Source: Strigamia acuminata
Taxonomy: Eukaryota
DNA length: 64,000 nt
Assembly: GCA_949358305.1 (NCBI GenBank)
Contig: OX442314.1
Coordinates: forward strand, 6,696,001-6,760,000
Direction: 5' to 3'
The notes below the pieces were generated by a model, which saw nothing but the letters and a program-made list of their open reading frames with translations, searched no databases and was not told the DNA's origin. Below are positions 34,592-46,808 of the stretch, piece by piece. A program made the translations under genes and the position numbers. Each line of letters starts with the position of its first letter. Positions within the stretch are counted from its first letter, which is position 1.

Positions 34592-35576
34592 TTATTTCTT
34601 CAGATTGTCGGCGTAGCTCGTTTTATCTTCCGAACTTGGTTTGTCCAGGTTAGGAGATGTGGTCAATCTGGACGAGTAATCTGTCGGATCCTCGCTTTCA
34701 TTCAGGTAGAATCGTAGGTGGCCGGGAGGCTCCAAAGGGTTTCTTGTTCTCTCATGAGCCCAAATTTGGGGTAGAAAAGGAGCCATGCCCTGGTTCGTGT
34801 GATGGATCCTTTGCGCTTCGGCGACGCTGGTTGGCGCTCGATGGGCTCGGAGTAGTCGCTGGTGCTGGATGAACATGTTGTTTCCTGGCCCAGCTTCAAT
34901 AGCCTTTTTCATCCACACGTAAAGGGAGAAGCCGCGATCCGGAGTTTGTAACAACTTTTGCTTGGTGTCTTCGGTTAAAGACAAGCCCGGATAGTACAAT
35001 GTCAACCTCGGCGCGATCCGGGGTGGTGTTGGCTCTGGAGCTTTATCTTGCGGCTGAGGGCGAAGCATCGTCGATTTGGTCTTCCTCTTCGCGAGTTGGA
35101 CTGGTTTGGCCAGTTGCTCGGGAGCCTTCTTCTTCTCGATAGGCGGAGGAGGAGGAGGTGGAATCGAATCGGTCGAGTCCAGATCTTCCATGACTGCATC
35201 AGCGGCTGGGAGTGATGGAGGTGGATTTCGAACGACAGCTCGCACGTTTTGGTACGATACTTCGGGGTTTGGATCTTGGGCCACCATCTGAGCTCGAATG
35301 ACCGCTGCGGAGGGTACTAGGCGAGTCCAGCTCTCTACGAGGGCCGGCGGGACCTGAAATCCTTTGTGGGCCACCACGATCCAAGCCGCAACGGCGACGC
35401 GCGCGTTTCGAAAGGTGGCGGCGGCTAGGAGAATGGACATTAGATCCGTGATCGCTACGACTATCCTAGTATTCCAATTTGGATGGTCCCGACTCTTATT
35501 TTGCGTGTATTCGATCGAAATCCTCTGGAGATTCGTGATAACGTTTTGAATCACGTTTTGTTGGTACGAATCCATC
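34592..35576 (-). pseudogene. G2 third gene, C-terminal piece
   Basis: Near-identical protein to the last 327 aa of the G1 ORF3. Cut by Copia B. Confidence 0.93.
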
Positions 35577-35911
35577 TGTTAGAATTGCTTAGAAGCTTGT
35601 GTGAATTGCATAGATCTGCAATGGTGTGGGAAAAGTCCAAAGGTAAGAATCAGCCAGGTGTTCACAGGTGTGAATCTAAACATAGAGTGAGAGCTTTATT
35701 CTCAAGTCATGTGACTCCTTAAGTATACAGTGCCACCTATAGGCATATTACAACAGTTAAATATGTGAGACATTGCAAACACTCGTAATGTGAAAAGGCA
35801 AAAGCAAACAAATACACATGTAACAATTGAGAACATTATCGCTTGTTCATACGATAGAAATACATAGTAAATAATAAGTACGACAAGTTAACAATCGGCC
35901 CCCTCGTATAA

Positions 35912-37637
35912 TCAAACGATCAGAGTATCAAGATCAATCAGGAAATAATTGCAAAAGTTTACAAGATCATTCTTATCCACGGATTTAGTAAAAATATCGG
36001 CAAAGTTATACTTTGTTCCTACGTGTAAGATCTGGAGATTTTGTCTCCTCACAAGCTCCCGAATAAAATGATATCTAATATCGATGTGCTTCGTCTTACG
36101 GTTCTCAATATTAGACTTGGTGAAGTCCACAGTGGAGATGTTGTCACATAGGACTCGATGACAGAATTTGCCAGCCAAATCGGGAACGATCTCGTACAAA
36201 ACTCTAACGATCCAAATGTAGTCCTTCACAGTCTCCGTGAGGGCTACGTACTCCGCTTCCATAGTTGATAAAGTAACGTTTCGCTGCTTGAAGGTCCTCC
36301 AATAGATGGGTGCACTACCAAGCGTCACAAGGGTTCCTCCAACAGAGATTCGATCGTCCCTGTTGTTTGCGTAGTCCGAATTGCTATAGCCGATGACTTC
36401 AATTCTATCATTGGGGAATAGCATCAAACCACGATTCCTCGTTGTTCTTAAATAGCTTAACAAGTTCAAGAGAACAATCCAGTGATCCCATCCCGGATTA
36501 GACTGGAACTGACTCAGAATGTTGACGGCGTAGGTGATGTCAGGTCTTGTTCGAGATGCGATGAACGCTAAGCACCCAAGAAGGCTTCGGTAACGGATCT
36601 TTTCCATCACTTTGAAATCCTCCAGTGTATCTGGACATTGTTGCTTGGTGAGAACAGTAGACTTGGTTATTGGCAATCGTTCGATACGCTTCGCATATTT
36701 CCGAAATAAATCAAATACTTCGTTCTTCCTTTTCATCAAAAACATCGTTGAATATCGTGAATAGTCGTCCGTAATAGTAAGGAAATATCGGTTCCCTGAA
36801 AGTGTGGGCGTCCCGAATGCTCCACATACATCCATGTGCAAAAGTTCAAGTGGCTCCTTCGACCTGATTCCCGGCAAAGATTTGTGTGACACTGCCTTCT
36901 TCTTTGCGAGATCGCACACGTCACATTGTGTTATGGGCACGTCCAGTACGGGCAACCCAACTACCGCATCGGATTTACTCATTTGTTGCACGCTGGGGAA
37001 ATAGATATGTCCCAATCGCTCGTGCCAGAGCCTTGCTTCCTCTGGGCTGGAAGCGCTCTTGCTTGATCCGACAGGTTGCTGTTTCTTTTGTTCACTAGTG
37101 TTCGCTTTGTTCCTCTCCTTTTCCTTCAATTTATCAAAATCTGGTTTTTCTTCGCTAATTCGAATGTAGTAGAGTCTGTCCTTTTTGACTCCCTCCATTA
37201 ACTGTCTCTTCCATTGTGGGTCATAAATTTTCACTTAGCCTGCACCAATAGCGACTCTACATCGTGCTTCATCGATGCATGGTCCCGACAACAAATTTCT
37301 TCTTAAGTCTGGGGCAAAATAGACCTTTTTGAGTGTGATTGGAATTGTGTCATTTCCAACTAAACACATGATGCAGACATCCCCAACTCCTTGTATTTGT
37401 ATTAGTGTTTTCTTATCTGCCTGACTAATAGTCCCTGTTGTTTCCTTGAAATTGTGGAACTGAGCTCTATCTTTACAAAAATGTCCAGTGGCTCCCGTAT
37501 CGTAAATCCAGCAATTATTCGCTCCACTGCATTGTAGCATCTCTTGCTCACTCAATTCCGTGAGGAATCCAACATCTAACATGGTGTCATCGAGTTCCTC
37601 GACCGTATTCGACTTCATGTTGGTATTTGGCGATAAC
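35912..37637 (-). pseudogene. Copia B pol remnant (protease, integrase N-half, RT end, RNase H)
   Basis: WIYDTGATGH, TAA stop at 37235, WHERLGH, LLHMDVCG. It then jumps from RIERLP directly to ...YRSLLGCL...TRPDI, so the integrase core and most of RT are deleted. Confidence 0.9.
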
Positions 37638-38118
37638 TATTGATATGTAAAGTTTAGGGACAAGTGTTGTCACAGTCAGTTCCGATTTACGATGGAGAGA
37701 TTACTTCGCGCTTTTCCGAATTAGCGCGATTGTTACGCGATTAGTTTATCATTGTATTATGTCCCGGAATTGCCGATCAGTTGTTATTGCTTTTTATCTA
37801 ATGCATGTTTCGTTACCACAACTGATTTACCTTTATATAATGATTTGTCTAATTGTCGTCTGCTCTTATGAGCATTTTGTATTAAGAACTTGTTCTGTTT
37901 TAAGTTGTTTATGTTTAAACATTGTACAGGACAAATCAAATTGAATACAATAGTGATTTGTCCTTCTTATAGTTTGTGAGGTCAAATAACCTCAAACCGT
38001 GTATACTGTATTACTTATGTTTTTCCACTGCATTAAAGATGGCGGCACAATTTGTGCTAGTAATGCAAAACCTTGAAAGTTGCTTCAACTCACCTTATTT
38101 AAGATTAAAGGCCAACAG

Positions 38119-38147
38119 TGGTAGCAGAGGATGGTTGCGATCCATCG
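38119..38147 (+). other. Extended PBS: 29-nt complement of tRNAiMet positions 76-48
   Basis: TGGTAGCAGAGGATGGTTGCGATCCATCG, with one mismatch (G38137) against the vertebrate-type tRNAiMet sequence as I recall it. Confidence 0.85.
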
Positions 38148-38656
38148 GCCTCGTATTCGGGCCCGAGGAAATCCAAATACTGGAATGCGATCTCCTTTTC
38201 CGACAGAGTGATGTCAACGTCTTTCAGTTCTAATGCCTTCCTGTCCACTCTAGAAGTGAACACGACCATGTCGTCTCCCGGAAGCATTTGGAGTTGTAAA
38301 AACTCCCGGCGCAGCCTGGCTTGTCGCGCCATCGTAGTGGGCTGGTACGCAGTTTTTAATGCGTCCCACGCTTCTTTTGCTGTTTTATTTGCGACAGCAA
38401 CTCCCTTCTGGGCTTCCGTACAGCCGAGACAGATGGAGGAACGTGCACGGGATTCTCGTGCCTGGAAATCACGCTTTTCCTTCGGGGAGGCCGTTGCGGC
38501 CAACGCTGGCTCGGTTCCAATTACGTGAGCCCAAACTCCTTGGTGCTCTAAGTAAAGCTGCATGTCGACGGCCCAAGACTCATAATTTGCGCCGTCTAAT
38601 TTGCGAATGTTTGCATTAAATGGCTTGGAAAAATCTTCCATCACTTCACTGGCCAT
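38148..38656 (-). pseudogene. Copia C gag N-terminus (inside the inverted segment)
   Basis: MASEVMEDF...KLDGANYESWAVDMQLYL...FQYLDFLGPEYEA, continuing on the plus strand as EALKSIVYHW at 39975. Confidence 0.9.
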
Positions 38657-39974
38657 TATAAAATTCGTAGCACAAACACAAAAATCACTCAAAAAACAAC
38701 ACTTGCAAAATATCACACTTAACCCACCAAAAATTAGGCGAAAAATAATGCAATTCCACCCGGGGTACAGCTCAATAAGTGAGCACAACTTCTCCGACTA
38801 GTCGCTACAAGGACCTCCGACCGACACACCTGGGGTCGCGGGAAAATCCCCTTGCTTCGAGCAAGCCTAGCCGAAAATAAGACGACACTAGGCGAATGCC
38901 TAAAGGGTGCCGAATATATTAAAAGGCCCAAACAAAACCTTAAATTATACAGAGTTTCACGACAACCCAAAAAAAACACTTTTAAGATGTTAAGATGGCA
39001 AGTTGATGTGTGAATTGCGGGAGGAATCGTCGCAAGTCCCACGCTGGCTGCTTGGAGCTCCCTCGGAGCACAGGCGCACACCGGGGTGCTAACCTGTGTG
39101 TGTGCGGCAATAATAACCTCGCACACTTCGCGCACGTCCGCGCCTTCGCAATTGCCGTATTGCAAATTGCGGTTCTTCAATGTCGAATGCACGTGCGTAT
39201 TCCGTACGCACGGGTTCTCCAACGTCGGTACGTCGTTCGAGACGTACGTGGTGAACGTTGATCGTTCGTGATGCGAAATATTCGCGATGATCGCCGCCGC
39301 ACTCGTATCTGGCGAAAAATGCACAAAATCGACGAACTCCGCCGATAAATTAGTGCTAATGCACGCAAAACACCTCACACTGGTGTAAATAATAAATACA
39401 GTTACTTCAAAACGCTCGTAGAATCCAAAAACCGCTAAAAAACGATGCTGGAAACAGCCAAAACACTTAACACCTGGTCGGCGCCATCTTGGATTTCCGA
39501 AAATGTGATCCAGGTTGGGAAATACAGTTTCGCGTGGTTTTAGCAGTTTCCTTCTGCTAAATGCCGGATATTTTAACGAAAATATCTTGTCCTCACCGCT
39601 AGTGATGAAAACGCTGGCCGCTCCACGCTGAAAACCGCTCAAAATCGTCGAAAAACGAATAATTTCGACTCCGCCGACCCCCGATGTTGGCTGCGCTACT
39701 CGGCGACGTGCGGGAAACGTTCCGTCTCTCGTCCCCCTCCGTTTTCCGTGCGTCGTGGCCGCCCGCGACGTGGAAAATCGCCGAAAAATTGCTTTATACA
39801 ATAGCAACTCACCAGAAACGCATGCCTCTGCTACCACTGTTGGCCTTTAATCTTAAATAAGGTGAGTTGAAGCAACTTTCAAGGTTTTGCATTACTAGCA
39901 CAAATTGTGCCGCCATCTTTAATGCAGTGGAAAAACATAAGTAATACAGTATACACGGTTTGAGGTTATTTGAC

Positions 39975-42900
39975 GAGGCATTGAAATCCATCGTGTACCA
40001 CTGGGACAAAGCCGACTTTACGGTCGCAAAAGTTAAAGAAAGGCTCCTTGCTGAGTATAACAGGACCCATGGCGGGACTGCGCCACAAGATGCACCTACA
40101 TCAGGCGCTTACGCGACAAATCCGCAAAAGTCGCAGCAAAAAGGAATTGTTTGCTATAACTGCGGCGGAAAAGGCCACTTTTCGCGCGACTGCCCCTCTT
40201 CAAAGCAGGGCTTTACGATTGTGCCGACCAAATCTGCATCGAACATTTCTCAGTCTCGTGGGCGCGGCAAAGGCTGAGGCCGTGCACGGGGAAGGAAAGC
40301 TAACCTGAGCTCTTCTGAGGAACTGGAAGGATTTTACACATCGCTTCAGCAGACTATTGGACAATCAACGACAACCGTGTCTTCATTTGTTACATCATCG
40401 GGGGTGCAAGACATGGCGTGGTATGTGGACACTGGCGCCACCGACCATTTTACCTTCACTAAACATGGTTTTGTGAACTATAAGCCTCTCTCGAATTATT
40501 CAGTGCGATTGGGTGAGGGTTCATCCAAAATTGACGGGGTGGGAGATATTAAATTGGAATCGAAAGATAAATCTCAAGGGCACCCATTCATATTAAAGAA
40601 TGTGTTTTACGCACCTAATTTCACTAAGAATTTGATTTCCCTCGGTCGCACTGATGAGGCTGGGTATGTAACCCGTGTTGGTGAAGGAAAGATGGTCATT
40701 TTCAAACAACGGATTACAGAACCAATATTGACAGCCATGCGTCAATCGGACAGAATGTACAAAAGTTCTTGTCAAATTGCGGTTCCTTCTGTAAATGCAA
40801 GTGCAATTCCGACGCATGCGGAAGCACCTGGCATAAGTAATCCGATTACTAATACATTGAATGTTACTGAAAGTATTAATGTTGTTAATAATAGCGTATC
40901 TAACCCTAACTCGAGTGAATGCGTAACGCAGGCGAGCGAAATTACGAAACCGTCTTACAGTGAAGTGTTGAACACATCAAAAGGCAAGAAGGGCATTAAA
41001 ACTCCAGAGAAAATCGTTTCCAGCGCAACTGATGCGAGTGCGCTTCCGGCCAGCGGAATTAACAAGGTTAAGTCTAATGGGAAAGCGGATAAAGCTTTAG
41101 ATATTAGTTACTGGCATGGCCGGATGGCACATTTACACACAAAGGGCATTGTTGACATGGAAAAGTCAACAGATATTTTTGGAGTGAAATTGTCTAATAG
41201 AGACATGGACCAGTGTGACGCGTGCATGAAAGCCAAGAAGACACGTGCTGGATTTCCTCCAATTGGACAAATTTTGACCAAAGGCATATTGGACCTTGTA
41301 CATATGGATGTTTGGGGGGCAAGCCAAACTAAAACCCTTGGGGGTGGGAGTTATTTCCTACTTATAGTGGACGATTATTCACGCTTTATGTGGATATACA
41401 TCATGAAAAAGAAAAGTGATGTATTAGGGATTTTTAAGATTTGGCAAAGAGAGATTGAACGCTCCACATCTAAAAAGGTCAAAGCAATACGAACTGATAA
41501 AGGGGGCGAATTTGTATCCAAGGAATGGGAAGATTATGCCCAACAAGAAGGAATTAAATGCGAGCGGACGAATGCCTATTCGCCCGAAATGAATTCTGTC
41601 GCAGAGCGGGCGAACCGCTTAATCTTAGAGGGGGTGAGAGCGATGTTAATTGAGTCTGAACTTCCCAAGAGATTGTGGGGAGAGTTAGCAGTAACCCTCG
41701 TTTATGTTAAGAACTTATACCCACATCCGAAATTGAACAATCGTTCCCCCTATAATGTATTTTATAACAAAAGGGCTTCAGTTAGGCATTTAAGATGCAT
41801 TGGATCAAAATGTTATACACATATCCCTGCCCAACAACGCCATAGCAAATTGGAACCAAGAGCTTGGGTTGGAGCCCTTGTAGGTTATTGTACTGACACA
41901 AAGGGATATCGCATATGGGACCCAACACGTAATAAGATTTTTGGGTCAAAACACGTGACCGTTAATGAAAATGAATATTGGCACGAGAAGGGGAACCACA
42001 TTCCTAAAAACGGAAAGGAACAGACACAAAGTTTTGAATACTTTAATGGGAGTGACTTGGGACTTGAGTCAGACGAAGAAACCCCAACTCCTGTGAGCTT
42101 GGCACCCGTTCATGTCCCTGTTCCAAAGCCAAGCCAACCTTTACCAGGTCAAGTTCCCCCAATTCAGGGTTTACCTGTTCAACAAGTCGTGCCACCTGTT
42201 TTAAAGCCGCTTCCACCAGCTGTGGATTTGACACTTGGTAAGCCCCCATTACCGACAACCCCTAAACCCCTGGTTTTTAAGAAACCAAAACTGATTGAAT
42301 TTACTGGAGAACCAACTGACGAAGTCAGTGATGATGAAGAGGTTTTCCAAGAAGCACTGTTAGCTTCTCCAAACGTAAGAGGGGGTCAAGAGGCTGTAGC
42401 AGTTGGGGGTGTTCCTTTGTTAAAATTGAATATGAATGATTGGGATATCAGACCATATATTAGGCAAACAGGAAGGGATGCTGGGCAAACCTATGCGCAT
42501 TATGTAGCGCCAGACAAGAAAAGGCTCCGCAGCAGAATTGAGGCATTGCATTGGTGCCAAGAGAACGGATACGAGTTTGAGGCAGATCTGTTTGATTTCT
42601 CAGGGAAAACTCAGAATGAAGAACTTCCGAACCCATTTGCGGGCTTTGCGGGTTGTTGTGCGCTTGAGCCCAACACCTACGAGGAGGCTATAAAAGGCGA
42701 GCGAAAGTCCGAATGGGTTGGCGCAATGCAAGAAGAAATTGACATATTTAACGAAAGAAAAGTCTATGAGGAAGTTGATTGTGAGAAAGACCAACAATTG
42801 CTAGGCAGCAAATGGATCTATAAGATCAAGAGAGATAATACCGGGGAAATAAGACGTCATCGAGCGAGACTGGTCGCCCAAGGTTTCAAACAGCGACCGG

Positions 42901-44204
42901 GCATAGATTTCACCGAGGTGTTCTCACCAGTGGTGAATTTTGTTGTTATCTTGGTGTTATTTTGCATGTTGGTTGTTCTCATGAATTGGAGAGACACACA
43001 TGCGGATATAAAAGCCGCATATCTCTATGGAGACTTGGACGAAGTCCAATACATGGGAATTCCAAAAGGGTTTCAAACGCCGCAGAATGTCGGCAAGTGC
43101 TGGAAGCTTTACAAAGCTTTATACGGCCTGCACCAGTCGGGCCGTATGTGGTTCGAAAAGTTGCACGACAGACTGTTGCACATAGGATTTAAACCGGTCC
43201 CTGGTTTTAACTGTGTTTATTGCATGGACAGAGATGTAGTTTTAGTCGTGTATGTCGATGACTTAGTCATCTTTTCACGCAACGAAAAGATCGAGAAAGA
43301 TGTCCTGTCCTGGATTACAGAACACTTTCAAATGGTAAACCTTGGGCCAGTGACCCATTTACTAGGCATAGAATTTACGCGTGTGAATGGCAAGATCTTA
43401 GTGCATCAGCGCAAATATATCGAGAGATTATGCAACCATTTTAAAATCGATGGGTCGCATAAAGTTCATTTACCTGGGGCTGTAGGTACTATGATAATGG
43501 GGGTGAAAAAGGATGAACAACTTGACACCGTGTTCCCCTACAGATCGCTGGTTGGTAGTCTTCTGTTCTTGGCGTCGCGAACCAGGCCAGACATACTATT
43601 CTCCACCATCGTGCTCTCCCAATACAATGAGCGACATTCTCAGAGACATATTAATATGTTATTGCAGGTACTCAGGTACCTGAAAAGTACTGAGGATTAT
43701 TGTATTGATCTCTCGAGATGCAAAAGCGCTTTGCTAACGGTATTTACCGATGCGTCATACGCTACGGATGTAGACCAACGAAGGAGTTTCGGAGGTCATG
43801 TAGTTTTCCTGGGCGGTGTTCCGGTCTCGTGGTCGTGTAGAAAGCAGAAGATGACCACGTTATCCGTGATGGAGTCAGAGTTTGTGGCCATCGTTGATGG
43901 CGTCAGGGAACTGATATGGCTTAAGAGGCTCTTCAACATGTCGGTAATGTTCGACTACTTTGGGAATTTGCAGCCCTGTGTCTTAGCTGATAGCACAGCG
44001 GCGATACAATATAGCAAGAACCGCGTAGAAAATAAAGCGAACAAACACATCGAGGTTCGCTTTCATTATTTACGCGATCTGTATGAAAGCAAGGTCTTCG
44101 ACATCCGGCACGTTTCTGGAAGACTGAACGTGGCCGATTTATTAACCAAGTGGTTAGCCCGACCACGTTTGACTGAATTGTGTGGACACATCTTTGACAT
44201 GTGA
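39975..44204 (+). CDS. Copia C gag C-terminus plus pol (protease, integrase, MBD-like domain, RT, RNase H); one in-frame TGA at 40275-40277
   Basis: CYNCGGKGHFSRDC, WYVDTGATDH, VHMDVWG...RTDKGGEF...AERANR, YVDD, FTDAS. Confidence 0.93.
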
Positions 44205-44703
44205 CACAGTTGTCCAGAGGGGGTATTGATATGTAAAGTTTAGGGACAAGTGTTGTCACAGTCAGTTCCGATTTACGATGGAGAGATTACTTCGCGCTTT
44301 TCCGAATTAGCGCGATTGTTACGCGATTAGTTTATCATTGTATTATGTCCCGGAATTGCCGATCAGTTGTTATTGCTTTTTATCTAATGCATGTTTCGTT
44401 ACCACAACTGATTTACCTTTATATAATGATTTGTCTAATTGTCGTCTGCTCTTATGAGCATTTTGTATTAAGAACTTGTTCTGTTTTAAGTTGTTTATGT
44501 TTAAACATTGTACAGGACAAATCAAATTGAATACAATAGTGATTTGTCCTTCTTATAGTTTGTGAGGTCAAATAACCTCAAACCGTGTATACTGTATTAC
44601 TTATGTTTTTCCACTGCATTAAAGATGGCGGCACAATTTGTGCTAGTAATGCAAAACCTTGAAAGTTGCTTCAACTCACCTTATTTAAGATTAAAGGCCA
44701 ACA

Positions 44704-45583
44704 ATAACTGTAGTTGAGCCGTGCAATCCTTTGCCCAATGTCCATGCTGGTTGCACCGAAAACACAGCCCCCGTCCCGTTGATCCGGTCGTGTTTCCTCG
44801 AAAATTTCCTCTTGTGTTTCTGCCTCCTCGATAGTTTGATTTGCTGCCCCTTTGTCCGCCCTGGTAGCCTCGGTTATTTTGTCCAAAGTTTCCTTGTTGT
44901 TGTTGTTGAGGTTTTGTGGAATTTTCACTATTTTTCGCGTTGGTAGAGCCCGTGCTGAAGGCGTCTATGATTGGCCCCTGGCCCAAATCCCTTCTCTGCT
45001 GAGCAAGGCGCCCTTCTTCGGCAACAAGTTCCGCCTCCACTTTCTCCAAAGTGAAATTCACGTCCTCCCATCTGTAGATGGCCTGCACTATGGATTGATA
45101 TTCTTGGGGCAAATATCTGATAAGCTGGAACGCTTGGTACAAATTGTCCAATTGGTGCTTGACGTCGGCCAATTTTCTCGCGGCATTCCTTATTTTTGCT
45201 GCAAATACTCCAATTGTTTCCGTTTGTGGGTCGTATTTTAAGTTGAAAAATTCGTCCAGTAATCGTATGATTCGTGCACGAGAAACTGGCTCGAAATTCA
45301 GCTTTAGTGTGTCCCAAGCCTTCTTGGCGTCCTCGACCCCGCTGAGCAATTCGTGGTATTGCTCTTCTATAGAATAATAGATGAGGCTGAAAGCTCTTCC
45401 TTTCCGCAGTTTGAAATCCGAGCGATCCCGCCAAGACGCTCCGGGTGCCAATGGTTCTTCCGTCCCGTCCGTGAATGCCCAACAACCGTGGTGCATTAAC
45501 AGCACTTTTATCTGCTGTTTCCAGGTGTCGTAATTCGTCCTGTTCAATAGTGTTATTTTTCTTTCAAATTTGTCCGACTCCAT
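44704..45583 (-). pseudogene. Copia B gag
   Basis: MESDKFERKITLLNRTNYDTWK...CFRCNQHGHWAKDC, interrupted by Copia C. Confidence 0.9.
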
Positions 45584-45694
45584 TGTGTTTTCCTTTGTAA
45601 AAACTGGCACTTTTCACACAAAACACTCCAAAAACACTCTCTGTACTGGTTAATCGCAACTAAGTGCAGTGTTGCGATGTTAGTTCGCTCTTAA

Positions 45695-46127
45695 CCCTTC
45701 CAACCCTGAGATGGGTCATTTTGTGACCCTGTTTTAAAAAAAAATCATTTTTTTTATAAGAAATAATTTTTTTTTTATCTGATTTTTGCTGACTATTCCT
45801 TTGAAACATCACTAGACACTATACCACAGTTGAAATTTTTTTAATTTTTCAAGTTTTTCTATAATTTGAACTCAAAGTTCAACTGGGTAAAAGAAGACCC
45901 ATCTTAGGAGTCCAAAGGTCATAAATGATGATCATCAGCAGGCTCCGCTAATGTCAATCATGTCCACCACGTCCATATGGCGTTCACTACATGTGTAGTT
46001 AATCTAACCCCATTGGCTAGATGTTAGGAATTCCCTAAAACCCGGATCTTGCACATGCACAGAATCTGGGTCATATAATGCCCATCTTAGGGAGAGATGG
46101 GAGGCAAATTCTTTCGGGTTGGAAGGG
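45695..46127. mobile_element. piggyBac-type MITE in the Copia B leader
   Basis: TTAA|CCCTTCCAACCC ... GGGTTGGAAGGG|TTAA. Confidence 0.9.
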
Positions 46128-46797
46128 TTAATGCTATGTTAGTATTAATCCTAGCACACAACTAAACTAATAATATAACAATATCGAAAATTCAACAATT
46201 TCAACAAAATGTTCGAGAATGGTGTCCTCCTGACGTTTCTAACTGTAGTTCTGGTTGAAACACACTTCCCGTGTGTTTTGCAGTTCAATATTGTCTTTTC
46301 TCGTCGATTCTCGTCTCGTGTTGATCTTAATTCCGCAAAATGTTCACAAAATTGTCCTACAATTTTCAGCTCGTTTCCTTTGTGTTTGAAATCCTTTTCC
46401 TCTGTTCGCGTTATCCAGGATTTCCGTTCACACTTCGCGTGTGGTTGATGGGGATTTGCGCCGTCGTACAGCCCACGTCGAGACGTTTTTAGTCCAATTA
46501 TAACGACACGTCGTCGTTACGTATCGGCGCTCCTCGATCCCGAGATAAATTCCCGAAAACAGGAATAAACAAAAGAATAAATAAATAATCGTGTATAGTT
46601 TGAACCAATTATTGTTCCTGTGCTCCGTGGCGTCTAGTTGTCGCCTCCAAAACCGTGGAATCCAGGCACAAACACTGATTGTTTACATCCATCATGGGCG
46701 CCGCCATCTTGGATGAAAATGAGGAAATTTTCACTGCTGACCTCCACTGACTCAAGATGCCTTAAAATCACTCTGGACACTTTCCCTACATTATATA

Positions 46798-46808
46798 GGC
46801 CCATAACC
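46798..46808 (-). promoter_or_regulatory. Half-tRNAiMet primer-binding site (Drosophila copia type)
   Basis: GGTTATGGGCC is complementary to the anticodon arm of tRNAiMet. Confidence 0.8.

Larger units (their letters stand above)
37638..44703 (+). mobile_element. Ty1/Copia C with MBD-like domain and internal inversion, inserted in Copia B
   Basis: 480-bp LTRs at 37638-38117 and 44224-44703 with TA...CA ends and ATAAC TSD. Removing it restores the Copia B frame AQLQLSPNTNMKS. Confidence 0.95.

Noticed and set aside
37618..37637. TGTTGG at 37618 as the Copia C left end
   Set aside because: It belongs to Copia B coding sequence. The 3' LTR and the ATAAC TSD place the boundary at 37638.
38119..38152. 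tRNA-Met gene
   Set aside because: Only the 3' third is present, it includes CCA and it sits at a PBS position, so it is a reverse-transcribed copy.
40275..40277. Programmed stop readthrough between Copia C gag and pol
   Set aside because: Copia A and D have a single frame, so a CGA-to-TGA mutation is simpler. It cannot be excluded without other copies.
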